This document shows positions 45,420 through 54,791 of a DNA stretch of 64,000 nucleotides, one piece after another. The stretch covers positions 43,148 to 107,147 of the forward strand of contig CAZIOS010000003.1 of the NCBI GenBank assembly GCA_964540905.1, given 5' to 3'. The notes below the pieces were generated by a model that was given only the letters and a program-made list of their open reading frames with translations, ran no database searches and was not told the DNA's origin. How positions within the stretch are numbered: position 1 is the first letter of the stretch; each line of letters begins with the position of its first letter. The position numbers were made by a program, and so were the translations under genes. This stretch comes from an uncultured Conexibacteraceae bacterium. Lineage in GTDB: Bacteria > Actinomycetota > Thermoleophilia > Solirubrobacterales > 70-9.

Positions 45420-46711
45420 GGACCGAACTCCCCGGCGGCGCTGCCGCTCGACGACCCTGCCGAGCCGGCCGGGCTCGAGCTTGCGGAGGGTGGCGCCGCG
45501 GTCTGTTCCGGCGCGTATTCGACCGCGCCGCTGGACGCCGTCGGTTCGGGGCTGGGCGCGACCGGAGCCGAGGGCGGAGCGGCGGCATGCTGGTCGTCCG
45601 GCTTCGCTTCCGGTTCGGCCGGCGCCGGTTCCGGCGCGTATTCGACCCCCGCATCTGCCCTCCACTCAGCGGCGACGACCGGCTCGAGTCGACCTTCGAT
45701 CGCCGGGGCCCTCGACTGTTCGTGCCCGATCCCCAGCGGTGCCGGGACCACCCCGGTCGCGACGCAGGCGGCGGCACCGCCGGCGCTGCCGATGCAGACC
45801 GCCGCCAGCTTCGCCAGCGCCGCCATCCCGATCCCGCGGCCGCCGCCGCCGGCGGCGACCTGGGTCAGCGCCGAGTCGGAGCAGGCGCCGCCGCCGTTGA
45901 AGCGCGACGCCAGTCCGGCCAGCCCCTCGTGGGCCCGGTCGAGCAGCGAGCGCGCGGCCGGCAGCGTCGGCGCCAGCGCCGCGGCCGCCGCTGGCGCCGC
46001 CCGGTAGGCCCGCAGGGTCGAGCGGCAGCCGGCGCAGGCGCGCAGGTGCTCGCGCAGGGTGGCCGCCTCCGCCTCGCTGGCCTCGCCGTCGCAGAAGGCG
46101 GAGAGCAGCGGCCGCAGCTCGGCGCAGCGCTGCCCGTCCTCGCTGCGGGCCAGCAGCCGGCGGAAGCGCTCCCTGCCCTCGGCCAGGCAGCGGTTGATCT
46201 TGGTCTGGCTGAAGCCGGTGATCTCGCCGATCTCGGCGTAGGAGTAGCCCTCCGCCAGCAGGGTCAGGGCGCGCAGCTCCTGGGGCTTCAGCGCCTGCAG
46301 CGCCTCGCGGCTGCGGGCGACGGCTTCGCGCCGCTCGGCTCGCTCGGGTGGGCCGTCGCCACGGGAGGGGATCGCCGCCACCCAGTCCTCGCGGCCTTGG
46401 CGCACCGCGGCGGCTGGGCCGGCGAGGGTGCGCTCGCGCTCGCGCCGCACCGCCAGCGCCTCGTGCTTGACCACGGTGTGGGTCCAGCGGATCAGTTCGC
46501 GCGGGTCCTCGGTCGGGGCCTTGGTGAGGAGGATCTCCAGGCCTCGCTGCAGGGCGTCTTCGGCGTCGTCGAGGCAGAGCGAGTAGCGCCCGGCGGTCCG
46601 CCGCAGCGCCGCCTCGTGCTGGATGAAGGTCTCCAGCGCCGCCCGTTTGCGGGCGCCGCCGATCGCCGGCGACGCCGCCGGCTCCCCCTGGCCATCGATT
46701 GGACTCAACAC
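45416..46711 (-). CDS. ECF sigma factor fused to ZAS (zf-HC2) anti-sigma domain, TM helix and Pro/Ala-rich extracytoplasmic tail
   Basis: Sigma region 2 (DAEDALQRGLEILL...WTHTVVKHEALAVRR), region 4 HTH (LTLLAEGYSYAEIGEITGFSQTKINRCL), H-x3-C-x2-C (HLRACAGC), TM (GIGMAALAKLAAVCIGSAGGAAACVATGVV). Start taken as GTG 46711 with GGGGGGAG upstream. Confidence 0.75.
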   Translation of the reverse strand: MLSPIDGQGEPAASPAIGGARKRAALETFIQHEAALRRTAGRYSLCLDDAEDALQRGLEILLTKAPTEDPRELIRWTHTVVKHEALAVRRERERTLAGPAAAVRQGREDWVAAIPSRGDGPPERAERREAVARSREALQALKPQELRALTLLAEGYSYAEIGEITGFSQTKINRCLAEGRERFRRLLARSEDGQRCAELRPLLSAFCDGEASEAEAATLREHLRACAGCRSTLRAYRAAPAAAAALAPTLPAARSLLDRAHEGLAGLASRFNGGGACSDSALTQVAAGGGGRGIGMAALAKLAAVCIGSAGGAAACVATGVVPAPLGIGHEQSRAPAIEGRLEPVVAAEWRADAGVEYAPEPAPAEPEAKPDDQHAAAPPSAPVAPSPEPTASSGAVEYAPEQTAAPPSASSSPAGSAGSSSGSAAGEFGP

Positions 46712-46878
46712 TCGGCTCCCCCCGCGCGCTTTAGCTTGCTGCACCAAACATGCCAGCGTGAGCTCTGGACGACTGCGGTCTCTCCCCCCTTTTGGACGAC
46801 TGTCGGGGCTCGATTTGCGGAAATTGCTCGCTGGACCCGCGCTGCCCCGGCCCCCGTCCACCGATAGCATCGGTCGCG

Positions 46879-47826
<948 letters not shown>

Positions 47827-47837
47827 CACCGGAGCGG

Positions 47838-48770
47838 GTGGGCGAGAGCCGAACGCTGCTGCTGGTCGGAGCCGGCGGCTTCGTCGGCAGCCACCTGGCC
47901 GCAGCCGCTGCGGCCGACCCCGGCTTCGACCTCGTCGCGGCCGGCAGGCGTCCCACCGCCGCCGGCACCCTCGCCTGCGACCTGCTCGACCCCGCTTCGA
48001 TCACGGCCTGCCTCGAAACGGCGGCGCCGGACCTCGTCGTCAACGCCGCCGGCGCCGCCTCGGTGGGGAGGAGCTGGGAGCGCCCCGGAGAGACCTTCGC
48101 GGCGAATGCCACCGGCGTCCTCAACCTGCTCGAGGCGGTCGCCACCCAGGCGCCCTCGGCGCACGTCCTCTGCCTCTCCTCCGCCGACGTCTACGGTGCC
48201 CGCGCCTCCGCCGAGCTGCCGCTGGGAGAGGGGCTGCAGCCGCGGCCGATCACGCCCTACGGGGCGGCGAAGGCGGCGATGGAGGAAATCTGCCAGGTGT
48301 CCCGTGGCCGCGGGCTGCGGATCGCGGTCGCCCGCATCTTCAACCTGATCGGCCCCGGCCAGTCCGCCGGGTTCGCGGTGCCGGGGTTCGCCCGCCGGAT
48401 CGCCGCCGCCGAGCGGGGGAGGGAGGAGGCGGTCGAGCTCGCTCTCGGCAATCCCGGCGCGGTACGCGACTTCGTCGACGTGCGGGAGGGGGCGGAGGCG
48501 CTGCTGGAGCTCTCGCGCCGCGGCTCTGAGGGGACCTTCAACCTCTGCTCCGGGCGCGGCACGACGATCGCCGAGCTGGTCGCCGAGCTGGCCCGCCAGA
48601 CCGGGGTCGAGGTCCGCGTTCGCGAGGATCCGGCCCTGTCGCGGCCCGCCGACCCGCCGGCGCTGGTCGGCGACCCCGGCCGCCTGCGCGCGGAGACCGG
48701 CTTCGTCGCCTCGGTCCCGCTCTCCGCCAGCCTCGGCGATCTGCTCGGCGAGTGGCGGGGACGCCGCTGA
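47838..48770 (+). CDS. NAD-dependent epimerase/dehydratase family protein
   Basis: GAGGFVGSHL Rossmann motif and YGAAKAA catalytic YxxxK. Confidence 0.8.
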   Translation: MGESRTLLLVGAGGFVGSHLAAAAAADPGFDLVAAGRRPTAAGTLACDLLDPASITACLETAAPDLVVNAAGAASVGRSWERPGETFAANATGVLNLLEAVATQAPSAHVLCLSSADVYGARASAELPLGEGLQPRPITPYGAAKAAMEEICQVSRGRGLRIAVARIFNLIGPGQSAGFAVPGFARRIAAAERGREEAVELALGNPGAVRDFVDVREGAEALLELSRRGSEGTFNLCSGRGTTIAELVAELARQTGVEVRVREDPALSRPADPPALVGDPGRLRAETGFVASVPLSASLGDLLGEWRGRR

Positions 48771-48805
48771 GCGACCGCGGAACCGTTGTCAATATCCTCC
48801 GCCCG

Positions 48806-50446
48806 ATGCCCAGCTCCGACGAGCCAGCCGCGGAGGCCCACCGCACGATCGCGCCCCTGGTCGGCCCCGACGACGAGCGCGTCTTCACCGACTCCGGGAT
48901 CGAGATCGAGCGCCTCTACACCGAGGAGGACGTCGCGCCGGGGCTGGAGGAGCGCCTCGGCGCCCCCGGCGAGCCGCCCTTCACCCGCGGCATCCACGAG
49001 GGCATGTACCGCGACCGGCTCTGGACGATGCGCCAGTACGCAGGCTTCGCCTCGCCCGAGGACACCAACGAGCGTTACCGCTACCTGATCGAGCACGGCT
49101 CGACCGGGCTCTCGATGGCCTTCGACCTGCCGACCCAGCTCGGCCGCGACTCCGACGACCCGCTCTGCAACGGCGAGGTCGGCCGCACCGGGGTCCCGAT
49201 CGACACGATCGAGGACATGCGGATCTGCTTCGACCGGATCCCGCTCGACGGCGTCTCGACCTCGATGACGATCAACGCCCCGGCGGCGGTCCTGCTGCTG
49301 CTCTACGAGCTGGTCGGCGAGGAGCAGGGCGTTCCCTCCGAGCAGCTGCGCGGCACCGTCCAGAACGACGTGCTGAAGGAGTACATGGCGCGCGGCAACT
49401 ACATCTACCCGCCCGAGGCGACGATGCGCCTCACCACCGACGTCTTCGAGTACTGCCACCAGAAGGTGCCGAAATGGAACACGATCTCGATCTCCGGCTA
49501 CCACATCCGCGAGAAGGGATGCTCGGCCGTGCAGGAGGTCGCCTTCACCCTCTCCAACGCGATCGCCTACGTCGAGGCGGCGCTGGAACGGGGGCTGCAG
49601 ATCGACGAGTTCGCGCCGCGGCTGGCCTTCTTCTTCAACGGCCACAACCAGGTCTTCCAGGAGATCGCCAAGTTCCGCGCGGTGCGGCGGATGTGGGCGA
49701 AGATCGTCAAGGAGCGCTTCGGGGCCGAGAACCCGAACTCGATGAAGATCCGCTTCCACACCCAGACCGGCGGCGTCACCCTGCAGGCCCAGCAGCCCGA
49801 GGTCAACATCATCCGCGTCGCCCTGCAGGGCTTCGCCGCCGTCTGCGGCGGCACCCAGTCGCTGCACACCAACGGCTTCGACGAGGCGCTGGCGCTGCCG
49901 ACCGAGCGCTCCGCCCGGATCGCCCTGCGCACCCAGCAGGTGCTCGCCTACGAGTCCGGCGCCGCCGACACCGTCGACCCCTTCGCCGGCTCCTACTTCG
50001 TCGAGTCGCTGACCGACGAGGTCGAAGCGCGCTCCTGGGAGCTGATGGAGAAGGTCGAAGAGCTGGGCGGCTCGGTCGAGGCGCTGGAGTTCATGCAGCG
50101 CGAGATCGAGGAGTCGGCGCTGAGCTACCACGAGCGCTACAAGTCGGGCCAGGACATCATCGTCGGCGTGAACAAATTCGTCACCGACCAGGTCGACGAC
50201 GTCGACATCCTCAGGGTCGATCCCGAGGCCGAGCAGCGCCAGCTCACCCGCCTCAAGGCTTTCAAGGAGGACCGCGACCAGGCCGCGGTCACGACCCGGC
50301 TGGAGTCGCTGCGCGACGTCGCCCGCGGCGACGGCAACCTCCTGCACCCGATCCGCGCCGCCCTCGCCGCCGACGCCTCGATCGGCGAGGTCTGCGGCGC
50401 CCTGCGCGATGTCTTCGGCGAATACAAGGGCGGCGCCTTCTTCTAG
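48806..50446 (+). CDS. methylmalonyl-CoA mutase-family catalytic (large) subunit, no B12-binding domain
   Basis: FTRGIHEGMYRDRLWTMRQYAGF, STGLSMAFDLPTQ, TQTGGVTLQAQQPEVNIIR. It ends right after the TIM-barrel domain. Trimmed to ATG 48806. Confidence 0.9.
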   Translation: MPSSDEPAAEAHRTIAPLVGPDDERVFTDSGIEIERLYTEEDVAPGLEERLGAPGEPPFTRGIHEGMYRDRLWTMRQYAGFASPEDTNERYRYLIEHGSTGLSMAFDLPTQLGRDSDDPLCNGEVGRTGVPIDTIEDMRICFDRIPLDGVSTSMTINAPAAVLLLLYELVGEEQGVPSEQLRGTVQNDVLKEYMARGNYIYPPEATMRLTTDVFEYCHQKVPKWNTISISGYHIREKGCSAVQEVAFTLSNAIAYVEAALERGLQIDEFAPRLAFFFNGHNQVFQEIAKFRAVRRMWAKIVKERFGAENPNSMKIRFHTQTGGVTLQAQQPEVNIIRVALQGFAAVCGGTQSLHTNGFDEALALPTERSARIALRTQQVLAYESGAADTVDPFAGSYFVESLTDEVEARSWELMEKVEELGGSVEALEFMQREIEESALSYHERYKSGQDIIVGVNKFVTDQVDDVDILRVDPEAEQRQLTRLKAFKEDRDQAAVTTRLESLRDVARGDGNLLHPIRAALAADASIGEVCGALRDVFGEYKGGAFF

Positions 50447-50487
50447 ACCTTTCGAACGATGCCGACTTTCGCCCCAGCGGGCTGGGG

Positions 50488-51408
50488 TCAAAGTCGAAGG
50501 CGCCGGTGGAGCATCGTGGCGGCTGCGGCAAGAGCCCGACGTACGCTGCGCGGTTCGTAGCGGACCTCGTAGTGCGTGAAGCGGAGAGGGGCCATCCCAG
50601 CGAGTACGTGAGCGCGGTCGCGGCGGGCGTCGCGAGTCTGCGCGGAGGGGGTGCGGTGGAAACGACCCCCGTCGGTCTCGACCACAAGCCCGAGTTCAGG
50701 CCAGTAGAAGTCAACTTCGAACCCGTTGACCCACCGTTTCGAGAGTGGCCGCGGCAATCCGGCGCCAGCGGCGATCGGTCGGAAGCGGACCTCCAGTTCG
50801 GAGTCGGAGAGTCGGAACGTCAGCCTGTCGATCAGGGTGCGCAGAGGGCGCACCCCGGGGATGCCGGCATAGCCGTCCAGCGCCGCGCGAAGAGCCCCGA
50901 CGTGGATGACGTCGCGCTTGTCGGCATCGTTGACCGCCCGCTCGAGATCCGACAGGCTGAGCTGGGTCGCCATGTCGACCATAGTCAGAGCCGGGCCGGT
51001 AATCGGGATCCAGTTACGCCTAGTGAGGTCCGCCTCCCGCAGCGTCGGTCGGCTGCGGACCAGTAGGCCGCGCCGTTGCAACTCGCAACGGCGCGCAACG
51101 CTCACCTCAATAGCGGCACCCTCGACCCCGACGATTCCCCAGAGGACCCCGGCGCTGCGATGGCTCAACGCCGCCCCCGGACCGCAGGCGAGCACCGCCG
51201 CCATCCAGCGCCGATCCGGCGTCAGCTGAGGCCACCCCACCGCGTAAACCCCGCGTCCAACCGGGTGCAGCCGGCCCCGCGCGACCCGGTGCTCGATCGA
51301 GCGCTTCCCAAACCCTAGCCCGAGCAACTGCCCCCGCGTCACCACCCCGTGCTGTTCCCCGGCCAGCTCCCAAGCCTGCCCACTCCGCGTATCCGGTCTT
51401 TTCCCCAT
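50488..51408 (-). CDS. AbiEi_4-like N-domain + DUF559 (Vsr-like endonuclease fold) protein
   Basis: N-terminus GVVTRGQLLGLGFGKRSIEHRVARGRLHPVGRGVYAVG. C-terminus VDFYWPELGLVVETDGGRFH...RDRAHVLAGM. Lower GC than neighbours. Trimmed to ATG 51408. Confidence 0.75.
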   Translation of the reverse strand: MGKRPDTRSGQAWELAGEQHGVVTRGQLLGLGFGKRSIEHRVARGRLHPVGRGVYAVGWPQLTPDRRWMAAVLACGPGAALSHRSAGVLWGIVGVEGAAIEVSVARRCELQRRGLLVRSRPTLREADLTRRNWIPITGPALTMVDMATQLSLSDLERAVNDADKRDVIHVGALRAALDGYAGIPGVRPLRTLIDRLTFRLSDSELEVRFRPIAAGAGLPRPLSKRWVNGFEVDFYWPELGLVVETDGGRFHRTPSAQTRDARRDRAHVLAGMAPLRFTHYEVRYEPRSVRRALAAAATMLHRRLRL

Positions 51409-51495
51409 CCCACTGGGGCAAAGGTCGGCAGTGTTCTGAGTTCTTCCCCCGCGGCTGGAGTTCGCCGGCAGTTTGCGGGGGGAAGCGCACCTCAT

Positions 51496-51520
51496 ATTCT
51501 TGATAGAACCTGTCAAGAAT
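51496..51520. promoter_or_regulatory. inverted repeat overlapping the yeeE-like start region
   Basis: ATTCTTGA (51496-51503), N9, TCAAGAAT (51513-51520) in an AT-rich patch. Confidence 0.3.
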
Positions 51521-51530
51521 GATTAAGATC

Positions 51531-52001
51531 ATGGGTGTGTTCGATCGGCAGCTTGCCTGGTACGTCGCCGGACCCGTCCTCGGCCTCTGCGTGATCGCCT
51601 GCCGCCTGCTCTTCAACGGGCGGCTGGGGGTGACCGGCGGCTTCTCGGAGGTCGTCGGGCAGCTCGGCCGGCGCAGCCTCAGCTTCGACTGGCGCGGCTG
51701 GTTCCTGATCGGGGTGGTGCTCGGCGGGACGCTGTTCATGGCGCTCGCCGGAGGGCGGCTGTTCGGCGGCTACGGCTGGCTGACCGAGAGCTTGCACGGC
51801 ACCGCCGGCGATGCCGCGATCGCCGCCCTGCTGCTCGTCTCCGGGGTGCTGATCGGTTACGGCGCCAAGCTCGCCGGTGGTTGCACCTCGGGCAACGGGC
51901 TCTCGGGCGTCTCGATGCTTTCGCCCGCCGCGTTGGCGGCGACGGCGACGTTCTTCGGCACCGCGATCGTCGTCAGCTTCCTGATCAAGGCGGTGGTCTA
52001 G
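51531..52001 (+). CDS. YeeE/YedE family (sulfur-compound transport) membrane protein, half-size
   Basis: GGCTSGNG motif, 4 TMS. The start may instead be ATG 51519. Confidence 0.8.
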   Translation: MGVFDRQLAWYVAGPVLGLCVIACRLLFNGRLGVTGGFSEVVGQLGRRSLSFDWRGWFLIGVVLGGTLFMALAGGRLFGGYGWLTESLHGTAGDAAIAALLLVSGVLIGYGAKLAGGCTSGNGLSGVSMLSPAALAATATFFGTAIVVSFLIKAVV

Positions 52002-52508
52002 GTGGCGGTGCGGATCGCTGCGGCGGCGATCGGGATCGTCTTCGGGGCCGTCCTCTGCTGGAGCGGGATGAGCGATCCCAACGTGATTCGCGAGGCGCTG
52101 CTGCTCGAACGCGCCTACCTCTTCCTCTTCTTCGGCTCGGCGGTGCTGGTCGCCACGTTCGGTACCGAGCTGCTGCGGCGCTACCGTCTCCGGGCAGTGC
52201 TCGGCGGCGCCCCGTTGGCCTGGTCGCGCCAGCGCCCGGCGCGGCGGCACATCGCCGGCAGCCTGCTGTTCGGGGTCGGCTGGGGAGTCGCAGACGCCTG
52301 TCCCGGGCCGATCGCCACCCAGATCGGCCAGGCCATTCCCTGGGCCGCCTTCACGCTCGTCGGCCTGCTCGCCGGCGTCGTCCTCTTCCTGCGCACCGAC
52401 GGGATCGGCGAGACCGAGCCAGCGGTCGACGCGGTCCCGAGGTCCCCATCGACCCCCACCAGACGAAATGATGACCGGTCCCCGGCGGTGCCAGTCGCGG
52501 CTCGCTGA
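52002..52508 (+). CDS. YeeE/YedE-related (DUF6691-like) membrane protein, half-size
   Basis: GVGWGVADACPGP motif, 4 TMS. The GTG start abuts the previous stop. Confidence 0.8.
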   Translation: MAVRIAAAAIGIVFGAVLCWSGMSDPNVIREALLLERAYLFLFFGSAVLVATFGTELLRRYRLRAVLGGAPLAWSRQRPARRHIAGSLLFGVGWGVADACPGPIATQIGQAIPWAAFTLVGLLAGVVLFLRTDGIGETEPAVDAVPRSPSTPTRRNDDRSPAVPVAAR

Positions 52509-52702
52509 ATCGTCTGGCTGCCGGCTGCCGGTGGCACCCCGGCGCCTCGCGCCGGCTGAGGGTCGGCAGCCACGCGCCGCTCAACCCCGGCACCCCCGCC
52601 CTCGTCGCTTCCCACGACGAGGGCATCGCCGGCGCAATCAGGGCTCGCCCACCTCCCATAGTCCACATTGCAGAGATACACCTATCTCTCCTCCTGAGTC
52701 CC

Positions 52703-52735
52703 AGAAGCGCCCCGCCTTCCCAGTGGGGCGCTTCT
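52703..52735 (+). terminator. terminator-like hairpin in long noncoding spacer
   Basis: AGAAGCGCCCC (52703-52713) pairs with GGGGCGCTTCT (52725-52735): 11-bp stem, 11-nt loop, followed by CTTTG. Confidence 0.4.
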
Positions 52736-52838
52736 CTTTGACGCTCCAATCCTGGGCTGGGCGATGCGCGCTCCTGAACGGTCTCTCCCAAGACGAGCGG
52801 GAGGAAGGATCGGTCCCGCGGTGGTTGAAGCGACCCCC

Positions 52839-53054
52839 ATGATCGAGGCGTCGCGCACGCTGATGAAGTCCGAGCCGGAGCTGGCGGAGCTGGTCCGCGA
52901 GGTCGGGGGGCTCGAGGTGACGATGGCCGAGAAGGGCTTCGGCACCCGGGTCGAGGTCCGCGCCAGCGAGGACTCGGGCCTCTGCGAGGCGGACCTGGAG
53001 CGCTTCCTGGACGGGCTCGCCCAGCCCAGCAAGCAGCCGTTCGGCAGCGCCTGA
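52839..53054 (+). CDS. small hypothetical protein (71 aa)
   Basis: GC3 is very high from ATG 52839 onward. The track's upstream extension from 52764 uses atypical codons. No family recognised. Confidence 0.5.
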   Translation: MIEASRTLMKSEPELAELVREVGGLEVTMAEKGFGTRVEVRASEDSGLCEADLERFLDGLAQPSKQPFGSA

Positions 53055-53081
53055 GCCGGCTCCATAGAATCGCGCCTCCCG

Positions 53082-54650
53082 ATGCGCGAGAAGAACCCGG
53101 TCACCCACGAGGAGAAGCTCTCCTACCTGCGTGAGCTGCGCCAGCAGGCGATCCACTCGGCCTCCGAGGCGGCGGTCGAGAAGCAGCACGCGAAGGGCAA
53201 GATGACCGCCCGCGAGCGGGTCGAGAAGCTGCTCGACCCCGGCTCCTTCGAGGAGCTCGACACCTTCGTCCGCCACCGCACCTACGACTTCGAGATGCAG
53301 AAGAAACGGCCCTGGGGCGACGCCGTCGTCACCGGCCACGGCACGATCGAAGGCCGCACCGTCTTCGTCTTCTCCCAGGACTTCACCGTGTTCGGGGGCA
53401 GTCTCGGCGAGGTGATGGCGGAGAAGATGTGCAAGGTGATGGACCTCGCCGCCCAGGTCGGGGCGCCGGTGATCGGCATCAACGACTCCGGCGGCGCCCG
53501 GATCCAGGAGGGGGTCGTCTCGCTCGGCGCCTACGGCGACGTCTTCGTCCGCAACGTCCGGTGCTCGGGGGTGATCCCGCAGATCAGCCTGATCATGGGC
53601 CCCTGCGCCGGCGGCGCCGTCTACTCGCCGGCGATGACCGACTTCATCTTCATGGTCAAAGAGACCTCGCACATGTTCATCACCGGCCCGGAAGTGATCA
53701 AGACCGTGACCGGCGAGGAAGTCGAGTTCGAGGAGCTGGGCGGGGCGATGAGCCACAACTCCAAGTCCGGCGTCGCCCACTTCGCCGCCGAGGACGAGGA
53801 GAGCTGCCTCGAGGACGCCCGCTACCTGCTCAGCTTCCTGCCTTCGAACAACCTCGAGGCGCCGCCGCGCTTCGAGCCCAGCGACGACCCCGAGCGCGAA
53901 GACGAGGAGCTCGACACCGTTGTCCCCGACGACCCCTCGAAGCCCTACGACATGCGCAACGTGATCTCGCTGGTGGTCGACGACGGCGAGTTCTTCGAGG
54001 TCCACGAGCACTTCGCCAAGAACATCGTCTGCGGCTTCTCGCGGCTCGACGGCTACCCGGTCGGGATCGTCGGCAACCAGCCCGCCTTCCTCGCCGGCGT
54101 GCTCGACATCGAGGCCTCCGAGAAGGCGGCCCGCTTCGTCCGCACCTGCGACGCCTACAACGTCCCGATCCTCACCTTCACCGACGTGCCCGGCTTCCTG
54201 CCCGGCACCGACCAGGAGTGGAACGGGATCATCCGCCACGGCGCCAAGCTCCTCTACGCCTTCACCGAGGCGACGGTGCCGAAGCTCACAGTCGTCACCC
54301 GTAAGGCCTACGGCGGCGCCTACGACGTGATGAACTCGAAGCACATGCTGGCCGACTTCAACGTCGCCTGGCCGACCGCCGAGGTCGCGGTGATGGGCCC
54401 CGAGGGCGCCGTCAACATCATCTACCGCAAGGACATCGCCAGCTCGCCGACCCCCGACGAGCGCCGCCAGAAACTGATCGACGACTACAAAGCCCACTTC
54501 GCCAACCCCTACTCGGCGGCGGAGCGCGGCTACATCGACGACGTGATCGAGCCGCGGCAGACGCGGCCGAAGCTGATCAGGGCGCTGCGGATGCTGCAGT
54601 CGAAGCGCGTGGCGCAGCCGAAGCGCAAGCACGGGAATATTCCGCTTTAG
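53082..54650 (+). CDS. pccB: acyl-CoA carboxylase carboxyltransferase (beta) subunit, propionyl-CoA carboxylase-like
   Basis: 522 aa. [21 protein letters not shown], and the C-terminal KHGNIPL typical of PccB/AccD5. Confidence 0.93.
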   Translation: MREKNPVTHEEKLSYLRELRQQAIHSASEAAVEKQHAKGKMTARERVEKLLDPGSFEELDTFVRHRTYDFEMQKKRPWGDAVVTGHGTIEGRTVFVFSQDFTVFGGSLGEVMAEKMCKVMDLAAQVGAPVIGINDSGGARIQEGVVSLGAYGDVFVRNVRCSGVIPQISLIMGPCAGGAVYSPAMTDFIFMVKETSHMFITGPEVIKTVTGEEVEFEELGGAMSHNSKSGVAHFAAEDEESCLEDARYLLSFLPSNNLEAPPRFEPSDDPEREDEELDTVVPDDPSKPYDMRNVISLVVDDGEFFEVHEHFAKNIVCGFSRLDGYPVGIVGNQPAFLAGVLDIEASEKAARFVRTCDAYNVPILTFTDVPGFLPGTDQEWNGIIRHGAKLLYAFTEATVPKLTVVTRKAYGGAYDVMNSKHMLADFNVAWPTAEVAVMGPEGAVNIIYRKDIASSPTPDERRQKLIDDYKAHFANPYSAAERGYIDDVIEPRQTRPKLIRALRMLQSKRVAQPKRKHGNIPL

Positions 54651-54658
54651 GGTTGGTG

Positions 54659-54779
54659 AGGGAGGGGTTGGGTGTCCCTTTCGCTTGCTGGGATTTTCGC
54701 CGTTAACGCCCCATCTCTCGCCGACTGGCCCTGCGAAAATCAGGACGCCGCGCGCTGCAGGGACACCCAACCCCTCCCT
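54659..54779 (+). repeat. palindromic repeat element, copy A (121 bp)
   Basis: 21-bp perfect terminal inverted repeat AGGGAGGGGTTGGGTGTCCCT (54659-54679 versus 54759-54779). Conserved core TTTCGCTTGCTGGGATTTTCGCCGTTAACG ... CTGCGAAAATCAGGACGCCGCGCGCTGCAGGG. Confidence 0.9.
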
Positions 54780-54791
54780 GACGAATCCCGG

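Noticed and set aside
45420-46870. Longer starts for the secreted protein (45665) and for the sigma fusion gene (46870)
   Set aside because: The extension of the secreted-protein ORF overlaps the sigma gene's 3' end and removes the signal peptide from the N-terminus. The sigma extension would run to within 9 nt of the divergent UXS start. The chosen starts have an RBS or stop/start coupling.
48771-48805. Cobalamin riboswitch upstream of the mutase gene
   Set aside because: The spacer is about 35 nt and no B12-box is present.
52181-52681. 166-aa minus-strand ORF preceded by a good AGGAGG Shine-Dalgarno-like sequence
   Set aside because: Most of it is antisense to the YeeE2 gene. Its GC3 is only moderate compared with real genes here, and the product is Gly/Arg/Ala-rich without motifs. 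The AGGAGG is part of a hairpin (AGAGATA/TATCTCT region).
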